A stretch of 60,280 bases of DNA from Acidobacteriota bacterium. Lineage in GTDB: Bacteria; Acidobacteriota; Thermoanaerobaculia; UBA5066; Gp7-AA6. The DNA lies in assembly GCA_046725935.1 (NCBI GenBank), contig JBKOZO010000083.1, forward strand, positions 1 to 60,280. Direction: 5' to 3'. Positions 19,321 to 28,527 of this stretch are shown here, piece after piece; position 1 is the first letter of the stretch, and every line of letters starts with the position of its first letter. The position numbers were made by a program, and so were the translations under genes. The notes beneath the pieces were generated by a model. That model was given only the letters and a program-made list of their open reading frames with translations. It did no database searches and was not told where the DNA came from.

Positions 19321-20051
19321 CAGAATCGCAGCCGACGGAACACGAACCACGGAAGCCGCCGCACGACGGCGGCGAGCATCCTCCACCATTTCGGCTCGTA
19401 TCGGCCCCCGCTCTCCCGTCCGAGCTCGCGGCGGACCCGCCCCGCGACTCGCGCGGGATCGGCCTTGGGAAAGAGCAGTCTCTTCCCGTAAGCCAGGCCG
19501 GTGTCGAGGTACCCGAGGGTGTAGAAGACGACTGTCAGCCCCCGCCCTTCTCCGAGGTGCCGCAGGCTCTCGAAGTAGCTCTCGAGCGCGCGCTTGGACG
19601 CCGAATAGACCACGTTCTGGCTCCGCCCGCGCACGGCCGCCACCGAGCCGAAGCCGGCGATCACTCCCTTCCCCTGACGGAGCAGCCTCGGGAGGAGACG
19701 GCCGACGACCGAGGTCGCGCAGAGAAAGTTGATCCGCACGAGGCGCTCGGCCTCCTCCGGCGGCAGGCTGCCGTCGTCGCCCGGAGCCATGGCCCCCACC
19801 GGGAACAGGAGACCCTCGACCTCCTCCTCGGGCGACAGGCTCTCCTCGATGCGGCGGGCCAGGCCGGCGTGGTCGGCCGCGTCGTGGGCCATGGCGCGAA
19901 TCCGCGCGCCCGCGACTTCGAGGTCGGCGGAAAGCGCCGAAAGGTCGCGCTCGTCGCCGGCGACGAGAAGGAGCGATCGGCCCTCCCGCCCGAGGGACTC
20001 GGCGATCGCCCGTCCCAGACCCGCGGAGGCGCCCACGACGATCCAGGTCAT
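19320..20051 (-). CDS. SDR oxidoreductase, DprE2-like
   Basis: VVGASAGLG, GSVAAVRGRSQNVVYSASK (YxxxK); coupled to a DprE1-like gene. Confidence 0.82.
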   Translation of the reverse strand: MTWIVVGASAGLGRAIAESLGREGRSLLLVAGDERDLSALSADLEVAGARIRAMAHDAADHAGLARRIEESLSPEEEVEGLLFPVGAMAPGDDGSLPPEEAERLVRINFLCATSVVGRLLPRLLRQGKGVIAGFGSVAAVRGRSQNVVYSASKRALESYFESLRHLGEGRGLTVVFYTLGYLDTGLAYGKRLLFPKADPARVAGRVRRELGRESGGRYEPKWWRMLAAVVRRLPWFVFRRLRF

Positions 20052-21427
20052 AGGCCCAGACGCTCGGACAGCTCCGAGGCAAACAACCGCTGCGGGTCGA
20101 ACCGGCGAAGCCCGTCCCGAAACGCGTCGTACTCCGGATAACACGCTTGCGCGACCTCTTTCGGAAGCCGCGAGTCCTTGATGACGTTGGGCCGTCCGCC
20201 GAGGTCCCGGACCAGGGCGTCCAGAAACACGCTCAGGCGCTCTCCGGCGGGCCCCTCGGGAACGTCCACGGCGAGACACAGGCCGTCGCCGTCGAATCGA
20301 AGGTACTTCGGAACCCCTCGGAAGAGCTTGCAGGAGGCGAGCGTGACGGGCGTCGGGCGCCGCTCGAGGTACTCGCGCAGCGAGGACGCCAGCGAGGCGA
20401 AACGGTCCCGCGGAACCAGAATCTGGTGTTCTCGGAAGCCGGGAGTCCCGAAGAGCTCGAAATAGATCACCTTCCTCGCCACGGGAAAGAGGAACGGGAA
20501 CAGGCCGAACTCCCGGCTCTCGGGCCCCCAGCCCTGTGCCCGGTAATAGGCGGCGTTGAACGCGCGCGTCGTCAAGCCGTTGAAGAACGGCAGCCGCCAG
20601 CGACCCCTGGTCTCGGAGTCGGTCTCGACGATCCGCGGCTTCGAGGTTACCTCGGCCGGGGACCCGGAAACGAACTCTCCGGCGTAGAGAAAGCCCCGGC
20701 CGAAGCCCCCGCCCGAAACAGTGAAGTCGTGCCAGGTGTAGATGAAGGTCGACCGCGGAGCATGGCTCTCGAGGAGTCCCATCGTCTCTTCGAACCGCGG
20801 CACGACGACGCGCCGAACGCGCACCCTCGCTCCCGGCAGTCGCGAGAGACGCAGACGCGCGCTCAGGATGTGGCCCGTCAGACCGAAGCCGCCGCAGGTC
20901 AAGTCGAAGACGTCGGGCTCTCGCCGGGCGTCGACGTCGAGGGTCCCGTGGCGGGGATGAAAGAGACGGAGCCCCAGAACGACGCCGTGAAAGTTCCCGT
21001 CGGCAAACTGATTCTTCCCGTGCACGTCCGCCGCGATGCAGCCTCCCACGGTGATGTGCGGGTATCCGGGCTGGACCGGCAGGTACCAGCCCCGCGGAAA
21101 CGCGACGTCGTGGATCTTGCCGAGCGTCGTCCCGGCCTCGCACTCCAGGACGCCGCTCTCCTCGTCGAAGGAAAGCACGCGATCGAAGGCGCGTCCGTCC
21201 TGGACCAGGCTCCCGGTCGCGCCGAATCCCGCCGCCGCGTAGGAATAGCCTCCGCCGCGCGTGATGCGAAGTCGACCCGGCTCCACCATCTCCAGGTGGC
21301 GGTACCGGTCGGGCCTCGCCACGGACTGTCGCATCCGCACGCGGCCGTCGAAGCTCGTGAGATCCAATTCGGCCACGGGCAGACCCGTTCCGGCCGCAGG
21401 CGATCCTTCGGCAGGGCGCGCGCTCAC
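20048..21427 (-). CDS. FAD-binding oxidoreductase, DprE1-like
   Basis: RGGGYSY, PVQPGYPHITVGGCIAADVHGKN, TCGGFGLTG, KDSR...YP...FASELSERLGL; GTGA overlap with upstream gene. Confidence 0.88.
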   Translation of the reverse strand: MSARPAEGSPAAGTGLPVAELDLTSFDGRVRMRQSVARPDRYRHLEMVEPGRLRITRGGGYSYAAAGFGATGSLVQDGRAFDRVLSFDEESGVLECEAGTTLGKIHDVAFPRGWYLPVQPGYPHITVGGCIAADVHGKNQFADGNFHGVVLGLRLFHPRHGTLDVDARREPDVFDLTCGGFGLTGHILSARLRLSRLPGARVRVRRVVVPRFEETMGLLESHAPRSTFIYTWHDFTVSGGGFGRGFLYAGEFVSGSPAEVTSKPRIVETDSETRGRWRLPFFNGLTTRAFNAAYYRAQGWGPESREFGLFPFLFPVARKVIYFELFGTPGFREHQILVPRDRFASLASSLREYLERRPTPVTLASCKLFRGVPKYLRFDGDGLCLAVDVPEGPAGERLSVFLDALVRDLGGRPNVIKDSRLPKEVAQACYPEYDAFRDGLRRFDPQRLFASELSERLGL

Positions 21428-22170
21428 GACGCCGTCGTGGGCCGAACGCCGCGAACGAAGGTCTGTTTTCCGAGCAGCCACTGCGCCGGGGGCAGGCGCA
21501 GGTAGAGCCGGACCGCCCATCCCCATTTCGGCACCCGGGATTTGCTGGTGAACGGGAGGAATCGCACCTTGAGCTCCACGATCCGGAATCCGGCGGTCTC
21601 CAGGGCCTCGACGAGGCTGGCGTCCGTCAGGACCATCTGATGATCCAGGAAATCGAAGTATCGGCGGGGCTCGAGGCGAAAATTCGGCTGGAGAACCATG
21701 ACGGATCCCCCGGGGCGAAGCTTTCGGTACACCGTCGAAAGGAGCCGGAGAATCGCGAGGTGATCGGGAAGATGCTCCAGGAAGTTGCTCAGGAACACGC
21801 AGCCCAGACTGGCGTCGGGAACGTCGCCCAGGGACAGGTCGTCCGTCACCACGGTCTCGACACCCGGGCCCGCGTGGCGGCGCACGTCGGGGTTGGCGTC
21901 CACGGCGATCCGGCGAACCGCGTCGACCTCGTTGATGAACAGACACGCGCCCGCCCCGATGTCGAGAACCGCGCCGGAACGGTCGATCCGCCTCTGAAAG
22001 AAGTCCCGGACCAGGACTCTCCAGACGGTCCGGAGCTCGCTCAGATCACTCTCGCTGAAGCGTCGCCGATATAGGCGTTCGAGGGCCTGCGCCACGTCGG
22101 CGCTCTCCTGCGCAGAGCCAGGCCGGACGGACTCTCTGCCGGTGAGAGTCGAGGTCCTCTCGGGCGCCAT
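21424..22170 (-). CDS. Class I SAM-dependent methyltransferase
   Basis: VLDIGAG, SNFLEHL, LRPGG motifs. Confidence 0.88.
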   Translation of the reverse strand: MAPERTSTLTGRESVRPGSAQESADVAQALERLYRRRFSESDLSELRTVWRVLVRDFFQRRIDRSGAVLDIGAGACLFINEVDAVRRIAVDANPDVRRHAGPGVETVVTDDLSLGDVPDASLGCVFLSNFLEHLPDHLAILRLLSTVYRKLRPGGSVMVLQPNFRLEPRRYFDFLDHQMVLTDASLVEALETAGFRIVELKVRFLPFTSKSRVPKWGWAVRLYLRLPPAQWLLGKQTFVRGVRPTTAS

Positions 22171-22263
22171 CTCCCGCGAGCATCGCCCCCGAACTAGAGC
22201 TTGTCAAGGCCGGCCGGGCGCCGGTCCGCGTCGTCCTACAATCGGCCGCGAGCGAATGGAGCC

Positions 22264-23310
22264 ATGAGCATTCTCAAGCGGCTGTTCCGATCGAATCCGG
22301 CAGCGCCCTCCCCGAGCGCCGTCTCGCCGGGAGCGGCGCCCTCCGACGCCGCGCCTGGAGAGGACCCCGCGCGCGCGGAGCCTCTCCGCCCCGAGGAGGT
22401 GCTCGATCGGCTGATCGCTCGACTCGGCTTCGACACGCAGCATCCGGGCTGGTTCCCGGAGCTCCGCGAGCTGCATCGTCATTCACGGACCAGGCGACTC
22501 CAGCTCATCCCCGATTTCTTCTACACACCCGTGTTCGCGCCGGGGGATCTGCCGCCGAGCGTCTGGGAGGGGACCTTCCCGGCGTGCGGCGAGTGGGACC
22601 TCGCGAAGCAGAAGCAGTTCTTGAAAGAGACGCCGGCGTTTCGCGAGGATCTGGCGGCTCTGCCGTTTGCGCAGAACGTCGAGGACGAGTCCGTCTACCA
22701 CTGGGGCAACGACCAGTTCAGCCACGCGGACGCGGCCCTGTACCACGCGATGATCCGTAGGTTTCGGCCCAAGCGGGTCGTGGAAGTGGGATCCGGCCAT
22801 TCGACCAAGCTCGCGGTGAAGGCGCTCCGCGAGAATGGAAGCGGGACGCTTCTCTGCATCGACCCGCACGCGCCGGCCTGGCTGCGGAAGCTGGAGGGTC
22901 CGATCGAGATCCGGCAGGAGCCGGTCCAGGCCACGAAGGAGACGGTCTTCCTGGACCTCCAACCGTCGGACATCCTCTTCATCGACGGCTCGCACATCTC
23001 GAAGACCGGATCGGACGTCAATCACCTCTTCCTGCGGATCCTGCCGCGGCTTCCGGCCGGCGTCGTCGTGCACATCCACGACATCTGCCTTCCGTACGAA
23101 TACCCGCGCAACTGGTCCGAGGACGTCCTCTGCTACTGGAACGAGCAGTACGTGCTGGCGGCGCTTCTGGCCAACAGCACGAAGTTCGAGATTCTCGTCG
23201 GCGTCTACTTCGTCCAGCACAACGACTACGAGGCGCTGAAGCCCTTCGTCCCCGAGATTCCCGGAATCTTCCCCGGAGGCGGAAGCCTCTGGATGCGGGC
23301 ACGGACCTAG
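22264..23310 (+). CDS. Class I SAM-dependent methyltransferase (Methyltransf_24-like)
   Basis: VVEVGSGHST, LFIDGSH, GSDVN, HIHDI, WNEQY motifs common in polysaccharide loci. Confidence 0.88.
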   Translation: MSILKRLFRSNPAAPSPSAVSPGAAPSDAAPGEDPARAEPLRPEEVLDRLIARLGFDTQHPGWFPELRELHRHSRTRRLQLIPDFFYTPVFAPGDLPPSVWEGTFPACGEWDLAKQKQFLKETPAFREDLAALPFAQNVEDESVYHWGNDQFSHADAALYHAMIRRFRPKRVVEVGSGHSTKLAVKALRENGSGTLLCIDPHAPAWLRKLEGPIEIRQEPVQATKETVFLDLQPSDILFIDGSHISKTGSDVNHLFLRILPRLPAGVVVHIHDICLPYEYPRNWSEDVLCYWNEQYVLAALLANSTKFEILVGVYFVQHNDYEALKPFVPEIPGIFPGGGSLWMRART

Positions 23311-23320
23311 CCTAGGTCGT

Positions 23321-24718
23321 CTAGGTCGTCGCGCCGGTCGAATCGGCGCCGGACCCCGACCGCCAGCCGCGGAACTTGCGCAGGATCCGGCGCAGGCCCG
23401 TCAACTCCGGCTCGGCGAACACCTCCTCCACGGGCGGAGGCGCGGGAGGCGCCAGCGGCGCGGGCGGGAAAAGCTCGGCGCGGATCGGGTTCATCGCCGC
23501 GGAGTGGTTCTCGAAGGAGCGATGCGTCACGCATTCGCGGCACGCCGGATGGACGCGGCCGTCCCGGATGTGCTCGCGCACCGACTGGAGCTGCGGCCCG
23601 TTCCAGACGCCCGCGATGCCGCCTTCGCCGGTGAAGGATCCCAGCCCCTCCTTGACGCCCATGTAGCAGCAGACCTTGGCGGTTCCGGACGCCGAGAGGT
23701 AGAGCGTGGTCCACGGATAGTGGCAGTACATCGACGGGAGGCCCGTTTCGGGATTTGCGGGAGGCGGCGGCGCGGCCTCCGGGATGGGCGCCGTCACGGC
23801 ATCCCCGGCGGGCGGCGGCTCGGGAGGTGGCGGCTCCGCGTGTACGTGGAGCTTGGCGGGCGTCGTGCTATCGGCGGCGGGCCACTCGAAGGCGGGATTG
23901 ACGAAGTTCTCGAAGATCATGCCGGCGCCTTCGGCGATCCCCTTCGCTTCCGCGACCAGCGCCTCCCACTCGGACCGGTCCACGTGGCTCAGGCGGTACT
24001 TGTCGTAGTAGCTGTCGTATCCGCCCGGGTTCACCGTGAAGTGATGCAGCGGATTGACGCCGAAGAAGTAGATGCCGAGCGGCGCGAGCTGGCGCGCCAG
24101 CTCCGGCAGCTCCTTGTAGTTGTCGGCCTGGGCGACGAAGTTGACGACGATGTTCGGCGCCTTCGACTGTCGGCGCTGCTTCTCCTCGTGGATGAGGCGC
24201 AGCACGTTCATGATCTTCTTGTGGCTCGCGCCGCGGAGGCGGTCCATCGTCTCCTCGGTCGCGCCGTCGATCGAGAACGCCAGGTGGTCGTAGCCGGTCG
24301 CCACCAGCCAGACCACGTCGGCGGGCCGGATCATCGTGCCGTTGGTGATCCCCGAGACCCGGCAGTGGTGGTTCTTCAGGACGGTGATGAGCGGGGCGAG
24401 CTCGGGATAGAGGAACATCTCGCCGTAGCCGAAGGTGTAGACCTCGGTCGCCGCGGCGAAGAAATCGTCCATCTTCGCGAGCACGGGCCAGGGGATGTCC
24501 TTTCCGTTCTTGGCGAGCTCCGGGTCCCACGCGAACCCGCACTTGGCGCACCGGAGGTTGCAGCGCGACGTGATCTCCAGGAAGAGCTGCGCGGGCTTGT
24601 GCGAGACCGTGAGCTCCCCGGCGGCCGCGGAGGTCTCGTAGGCCAGCCAGTTGGCGCGCTTCCCCGCCCTGGGATCAGGCGGAGGCGGGGTTTGGGGGAC
24701 TGGAACCGGAGAAGACAT
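23321..24718 (-). CDS. Radical SAM protein with SPASM/twitch domain
   Basis: CNLRCAKC (CxxxCxxC), GYGEMF, TNG, SIDG; C-terminal CHYPW...VCC...CREC cluster. Confidence 0.9.
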   Translation of the reverse strand: MSSPVPVPQTPPPPDPRAGKRANWLAYETSAAAGELTVSHKPAQLFLEITSRCNLRCAKCGFAWDPELAKNGKDIPWPVLAKMDDFFAAATEVYTFGYGEMFLYPELAPLITVLKNHHCRVSGITNGTMIRPADVVWLVATGYDHLAFSIDGATEETMDRLRGASHKKIMNVLRLIHEEKQRRQSKAPNIVVNFVAQADNYKELPELARQLAPLGIYFFGVNPLHHFTVNPGGYDSYYDKYRLSHVDRSEWEALVAEAKGIAEGAGMIFENFVNPAFEWPAADSTTPAKLHVHAEPPPPEPPPAGDAVTAPIPEAAPPPPANPETGLPSMYCHYPWTTLYLSASGTAKVCCYMGVKEGLGSFTGEGGIAGVWNGPQLQSVREHIRDGRVHPACRECVTHRSFENHSAAMNPIRAELFPPAPLAPPAPPPVEEVFAEPELTGLRRILRKFRGWRSGSGADSTGATT

Positions 24719-24845
24719 CCGCTCGAACCTTACTCCAGTCTCTGCTGCAATGCCATCGCCGGGGCGCTCCGGCGCCGCGCAAGTGCGACTGCGGCGATGC
24801 AAACATACCGGTTCGCTCTGCGAGATACCGAGACCTGCTCCCGCT

Positions 24846-27800
24846 TCAGCGCTCCACTCCAACCTTGGAGGCCACCGCCGAAACGCCCTCGCGCGGGGTG
24901 TGCTTCTTCCATGCGACGCCGAACTTCTTCTCGAAGTAGGCCTGGTTCTTCTTCCAGAGCGCGTCGTACTCCTCCGGCGAGAGTTTCCGGAAGGACCCCT
25001 GGCCGACGTGATGCACGTACGCGTCCTCGGCGCATGCGACGCGGTAGCCCTCCGCTCGGGTGCGGACCGCGAGATCGTCGTCCTCGAACATCCCGATGCC
25101 ATAGGCCTCGTCGAGCGGACCGACATCGTCGAGCACGGCCCGGCGCGCCGCCACGCAGTACATCGCCGCCACACCGATGTCGAACACGCGTCCCCGATGC
25201 TCGCGGGCCCGGCGCGCGGCGTAGGCCGGCAGGTCCGCGAGGTCGCGATAATCCGGCTCGACCCGCGCCTCGTTGCCGCAGAAGTTGGTGGTCGGGCACA
25301 GCAGGCCGATGGAGGCATCGCGCTGGAGATGCCGCACCAGGCGGCCGACGAGGCCCGGCGGGACGACCGTGTCGTTGTTGAGCAGGACGACGATGTCGCC
25401 CCGCGAGGCCGCGATCCCCTGGTTATTGGCGGCGGCGAAGCCGCGGTTCTCGGCGTTGAAGATCGTCCGGATGCGCCGGTCCTTCGCGGCCGCGTCGCGA
25501 AGGAGCTCCGGCGTCGAGTCGTTCGAGGCGTTGTCGACGACGATGATCTCGAGGCGCGGCCAGGTCTCGCGCGCGAGCGACTCGAGGCCGTCGCGGGTCA
25601 GCTCCGCGCCGCCGTACGTGACGACGACGATCGAGACCAGCGGATGCGCGGCGGCGATGCCTTCATCGATCGTCTCGTACCGATGCGCCCAGTCGTTGGC
25701 CTCGGCGACCTTGCGGCGGGCGGCCCGGCGAGGATCCGTCGGCGACTCCGCCAGCGCGCGGGAGAGCTGCCGCAGGAACTCGTCGTGCCCGCGCGCCAGG
25801 TAGGACAGCTCGTCGAAGGGAAGGAGCTCCGTCAGCGCCGGCGAAACGACAGGCTTGCCGCCGAAGAGGTATTCGTAGAACTTGACAGGGTTCGTGGCCT
25901 CGGTGATGTCGTTGACGAGGAACGGGATGATGCAGGCGTCGAAGTTCCAGAGGAGCTTCGGCATCTCGGCGTACGGCCTCTGGCCCAGCAGCCGGACGTT
26001 CTTGCGCGTCTTCAGAGGCGACAGATCCACGTCGAAGTGCCCGCCGGCGAGAACGATCGTGCCACCCGGATAGGCGTCGGCCACCTTCTCGAGCAGCGGC
26101 ACGTCCACCCACGAGGCGAGCGCGCCGTAGTAACCGATGACGGGATGGCGCGGCGACCCGAGCAGCGCGTTTTCTTCGTAGTGGGCGCGGTAGTGGTCGG
26201 CGTCGATTCCGTTCTTCGCGAGCACATACCGGGGCGCCGCGTCCTTCCATTTCTGCAGAAGCTTGTCCGCCGAGACGATCGTCAAGTCCGCCCTCCGCAC
26301 CAGTCCGTCCTCGAGCGCCAGCACGTCCGGCCCGAAGCCGGGAAAGTTGGTCCACTCGTCCATACAGTCGTAGACGACACGCCAGCCGAGACGCTCGCGG
26401 AGGCGCTCGGCGATCGGCGCCCAGTACGGGATCTGGACGAGGCACACGGTGTCGCCCATGGCGAGGTCGGCGGCCATCTCCTCGAAGGACTCGGAGAGAG
26501 CCGCGATGTCGGCTTCGTCGGCCTTCCCCTTGTAGATGTTGAGCGGGCGGCGCGACCGGATTCGGAGCTCGGCGACCCGCTCGGCCTTTCGCGCCAGATC
26601 CCAGGCCGGGCCTCCGGGCGCGAGAAACTGCGTCGTCGAAAGATAGAAGACGCGGTGACCGTGCCGGCCGAACTGCGTCCCGAGCTGCTGCGGACGCTGG
26701 AAACGGAAGTCCCAGTCGATGATCGAGAAGACGACGACGTCGTAGCGCCCGGAAGGCCTCGCCGGAACCGCATCGGTCCGCCGGGCCGAAGGCTTCAGTT
26801 GCACGAGGAGGTCCGCCTTCGGCACCGGAGCCAGCGACCGCCGGAGAAACTTCGCCAGCGGCCGCGGCAGCAGTTTCGTTCCGACGGAGTAGATCGCGGT
26901 TCCCGGGGCCGTCGCGTTTCCGAGCGCGCGCCGCGCACGGCCGGGCGCCTGCTTCGCGCGCGACAGGGCTCGCTGGAGACGTCCCAGCCGCGAGCTCTCC
27001 CATCGGGAGATCTCCGCCATGGCCGAGCGCAGATGACCGTCCCGGGCCTCCGAGATCTCTTCGGATTGCGCAAGGCTCGCCTTAAGCGCTTCAATGTGCC
27101 CGGTCAGTTCTTTTTTCTGAGCCGCGAGCTCCGCCTTCAGGAACTCGATCCCCTCCGACTGCTCCTTCACCATTCCCGACAGACGGCGGATCTCCTTGAC
27201 CCGTTTGGCGACCGCGTCGGCCCCCTCCCCAACCCTTCCCCGCGGGGCGAGGGTGTCCATTGGACGGGTCTTCGGCGCCGACTTCGGCAAAGCGTCCAGC
27301 CGCTCGCGAAGCGCTTCGTACCGGTGTCTCCACGTGTTCTCTCGGGCGATCGAGCGGCGCTGCTCTGCCGTCGGGCCGGGCGCCACGCCCTCCTTGACCG
27401 CGCGCTCGAGGCTCGAGACGAACGTTTCCGGCGTGTCGTAGAGCTCGACGACGTCGGCGAACGGCTCGAGCTCCGGGAGGCGGCGCGCCACGACGGGCTT
27501 CCCGGTAGCGAAGTACTCGTAGATCTTGACCGGGTTGGTCGCCTCCGTCAGCGGTGTGCGCCGAAACGGGATCGCGCAGACGTCGAACGCCGCGAGATAA
27601 GACGGCAGCGCCGCATACGAAACCTCGCCGACGAGGGTCACGTTCGGCAGCGACGGCAGGTCGCCGAGCTCCGCGCCGTGCGTGTTGCCCACGAGGGCGA
27701 AGGACCAGCCACGGTGCCGCTCCGCCGCCAGGCGCACCGCCTCCGCGTCGAACCACGACGAGATCGCGCCGTAGTAACCGATCACCGGGCGCGGCAGCGG

Positions 27801-28436
27801 CGCGAGCGGGCTCATCTCGCGCGGCGGCAGAGCCGTGAAGTGCTCGACGTCGGCGGCGTTCGGGAGCCGCAGAGCGTCGGCGCGCTCCGTCCGCACACGG
27901 TCGAAGAGCGTCCGCGACGTCGCCAGGACCAGATCGCTCTCGGCGAGCAGGCGTGCCTCTTCGTCCGCGGTCGTCGGACCGTGCGTTCCGAAGCCGGTGT
28001 GCTCGTCGAGGCAGTCGTAGAGAACGGGCCAGCCGAAGCGCTCCCGCAATCGCCACGCGAGCGGCTCCCAGGAAGGGTACTGGACGAGAACGACGGCGTC
28101 CTGGATCCCCGCGTCTTCGGCCAGGTTTTCGAGCGCGTCGAACGCCTGTGCGAGCGTTTCCCCCTCCAGCGTCCCCGAGTAGAGGTTGAAGTCGTGCTCC
28201 CCGGGCAGACCGACCTCGAAGACCCGATCGCCGATGCGCGCGACCTCGAAATCCCGGTCGAGACCGAGGAAACCGGTCTTCAGGTAGAAGACGCGGTGCC
28301 CGTCGGCCGCAAAGGCCGAGAGGAGCTGCTGGGGACGCTGGAAGCGGAAGCCCCAGTCGATGATCGGGAGACAAAGCAGGTCGAAGCCCCGGGCAGGCGG
28401 GAGGTTTTCGAGAGAGAGAACGGGTGCTTTACTCAG
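24846..28436 (-). CDS. Multidomain glycosyltransferase (GT4-like, coiled coil, GT4-like, GT2)
   Basis: Two homologous modules (IIDWxFRFQRPQQL...YDC[LM]DE...NPVKxYEY) and a C-terminal GT2 (VVDNAS, GFAAANN, LLNND, FEDDD). Start codon uncertain (CTG 28436 used). Confidence 0.88.
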   Translation of the reverse strand: MSKAPVLSLENLPPARGFDLLCLPIIDWGFRFQRPQQLLSAFAADGHRVFYLKTGFLGLDRDFEVARIGDRVFEVGLPGEHDFNLYSGTLEGETLAQAFDALENLAEDAGIQDAVVLVQYPSWEPLAWRLRERFGWPVLYDCLDEHTGFGTHGPTTADEEARLLAESDLVLATSRTLFDRVRTERADALRLPNAADVEHFTALPPREMSPLAPLPRPVIGYYGAISSWFDAEAVRLAAERHRGWSFALVGNTHGAELGDLPSLPNVTLVGEVSYAALPSYLAAFDVCAIPFRRTPLTEATNPVKIYEYFATGKPVVARRLPELEPFADVVELYDTPETFVSSLERAVKEGVAPGPTAEQRRSIARENTWRHRYEALRERLDALPKSAPKTRPMDTLAPRGRVGEGADAVAKRVKEIRRLSGMVKEQSEGIEFLKAELAAQKKELTGHIEALKASLAQSEEISEARDGHLRSAMAEISRWESSRLGRLQRALSRAKQAPGRARRALGNATAPGTAIYSVGTKLLPRPLAKFLRRSLAPVPKADLLVQLKPSARRTDAVPARPSGRYDVVVFSIIDWDFRFQRPQQLGTQFGRHGHRVFYLSTTQFLAPGGPAWDLARKAERVAELRIRSRRPLNIYKGKADEADIAALSESFEEMAADLAMGDTVCLVQIPYWAPIAERLRERLGWRVVYDCMDEWTNFPGFGPDVLALEDGLVRRADLTIVSADKLLQKWKDAAPRYVLAKNGIDADHYRAHYEENALLGSPRHPVIGYYGALASWVDVPLLEKVADAYPGGTIVLAGGHFDVDLSPLKTRKNVRLLGQRPYAEMPKLLWNFDACIIPFLVNDITEATNPVKFYEYLFGGKPVVSPALTELLPFDELSYLARGHDEFLRQLSRALAESPTDPRRAARRKVAEANDWAHRYETIDEGIAAAHPLVSIVVVTYGGAELTRDGLESLARETWPRLEIIVVDNASNDSTPELLRDAAAKDRRIRTIFNAENRGFAAANNQGIAASRGDIVVLLNNDTVVPPGLVGRLVRHLQRDASIGLLCPTTNFCGNEARVEPDYRDLADLPAYAARRAREHRGRVFDIGVAAMYCVAARRAVLDDVGPLDEAYGIGMFEDDDLAVRTRAEGYRVACAEDAYVHHVGQGSFRKLSPEEYDALWKKNQAYFEKKFGVAWKKHTPREGVSAVASKVGVER

Positions 28437-28454
28437 GAAACCTATCTTGCCACG

Positions 28455-28485
28455 AAAAAGCGGGCGGGCCCCGATGGCCCGCCCG
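28455..28485 (-). terminator. Rho-independent terminator of the TonB receptor gene
   Basis: CGGGCGGGCC/GGCCCGCCCG stem followed by a T5 tract on the minus strand. Confidence 0.8.
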
Positions 28486-28527
28486 GAGGACGGAGGAACC
28501 GTTGAACCGGTTCGAGGACGAGCAGGA

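Noticed and set aside
23321-24718. Radical SAM as part of a local RiPP cluster
   Set aside because: No credible precursor ORF or RRE nearby; the context is glycan biosynthesis.
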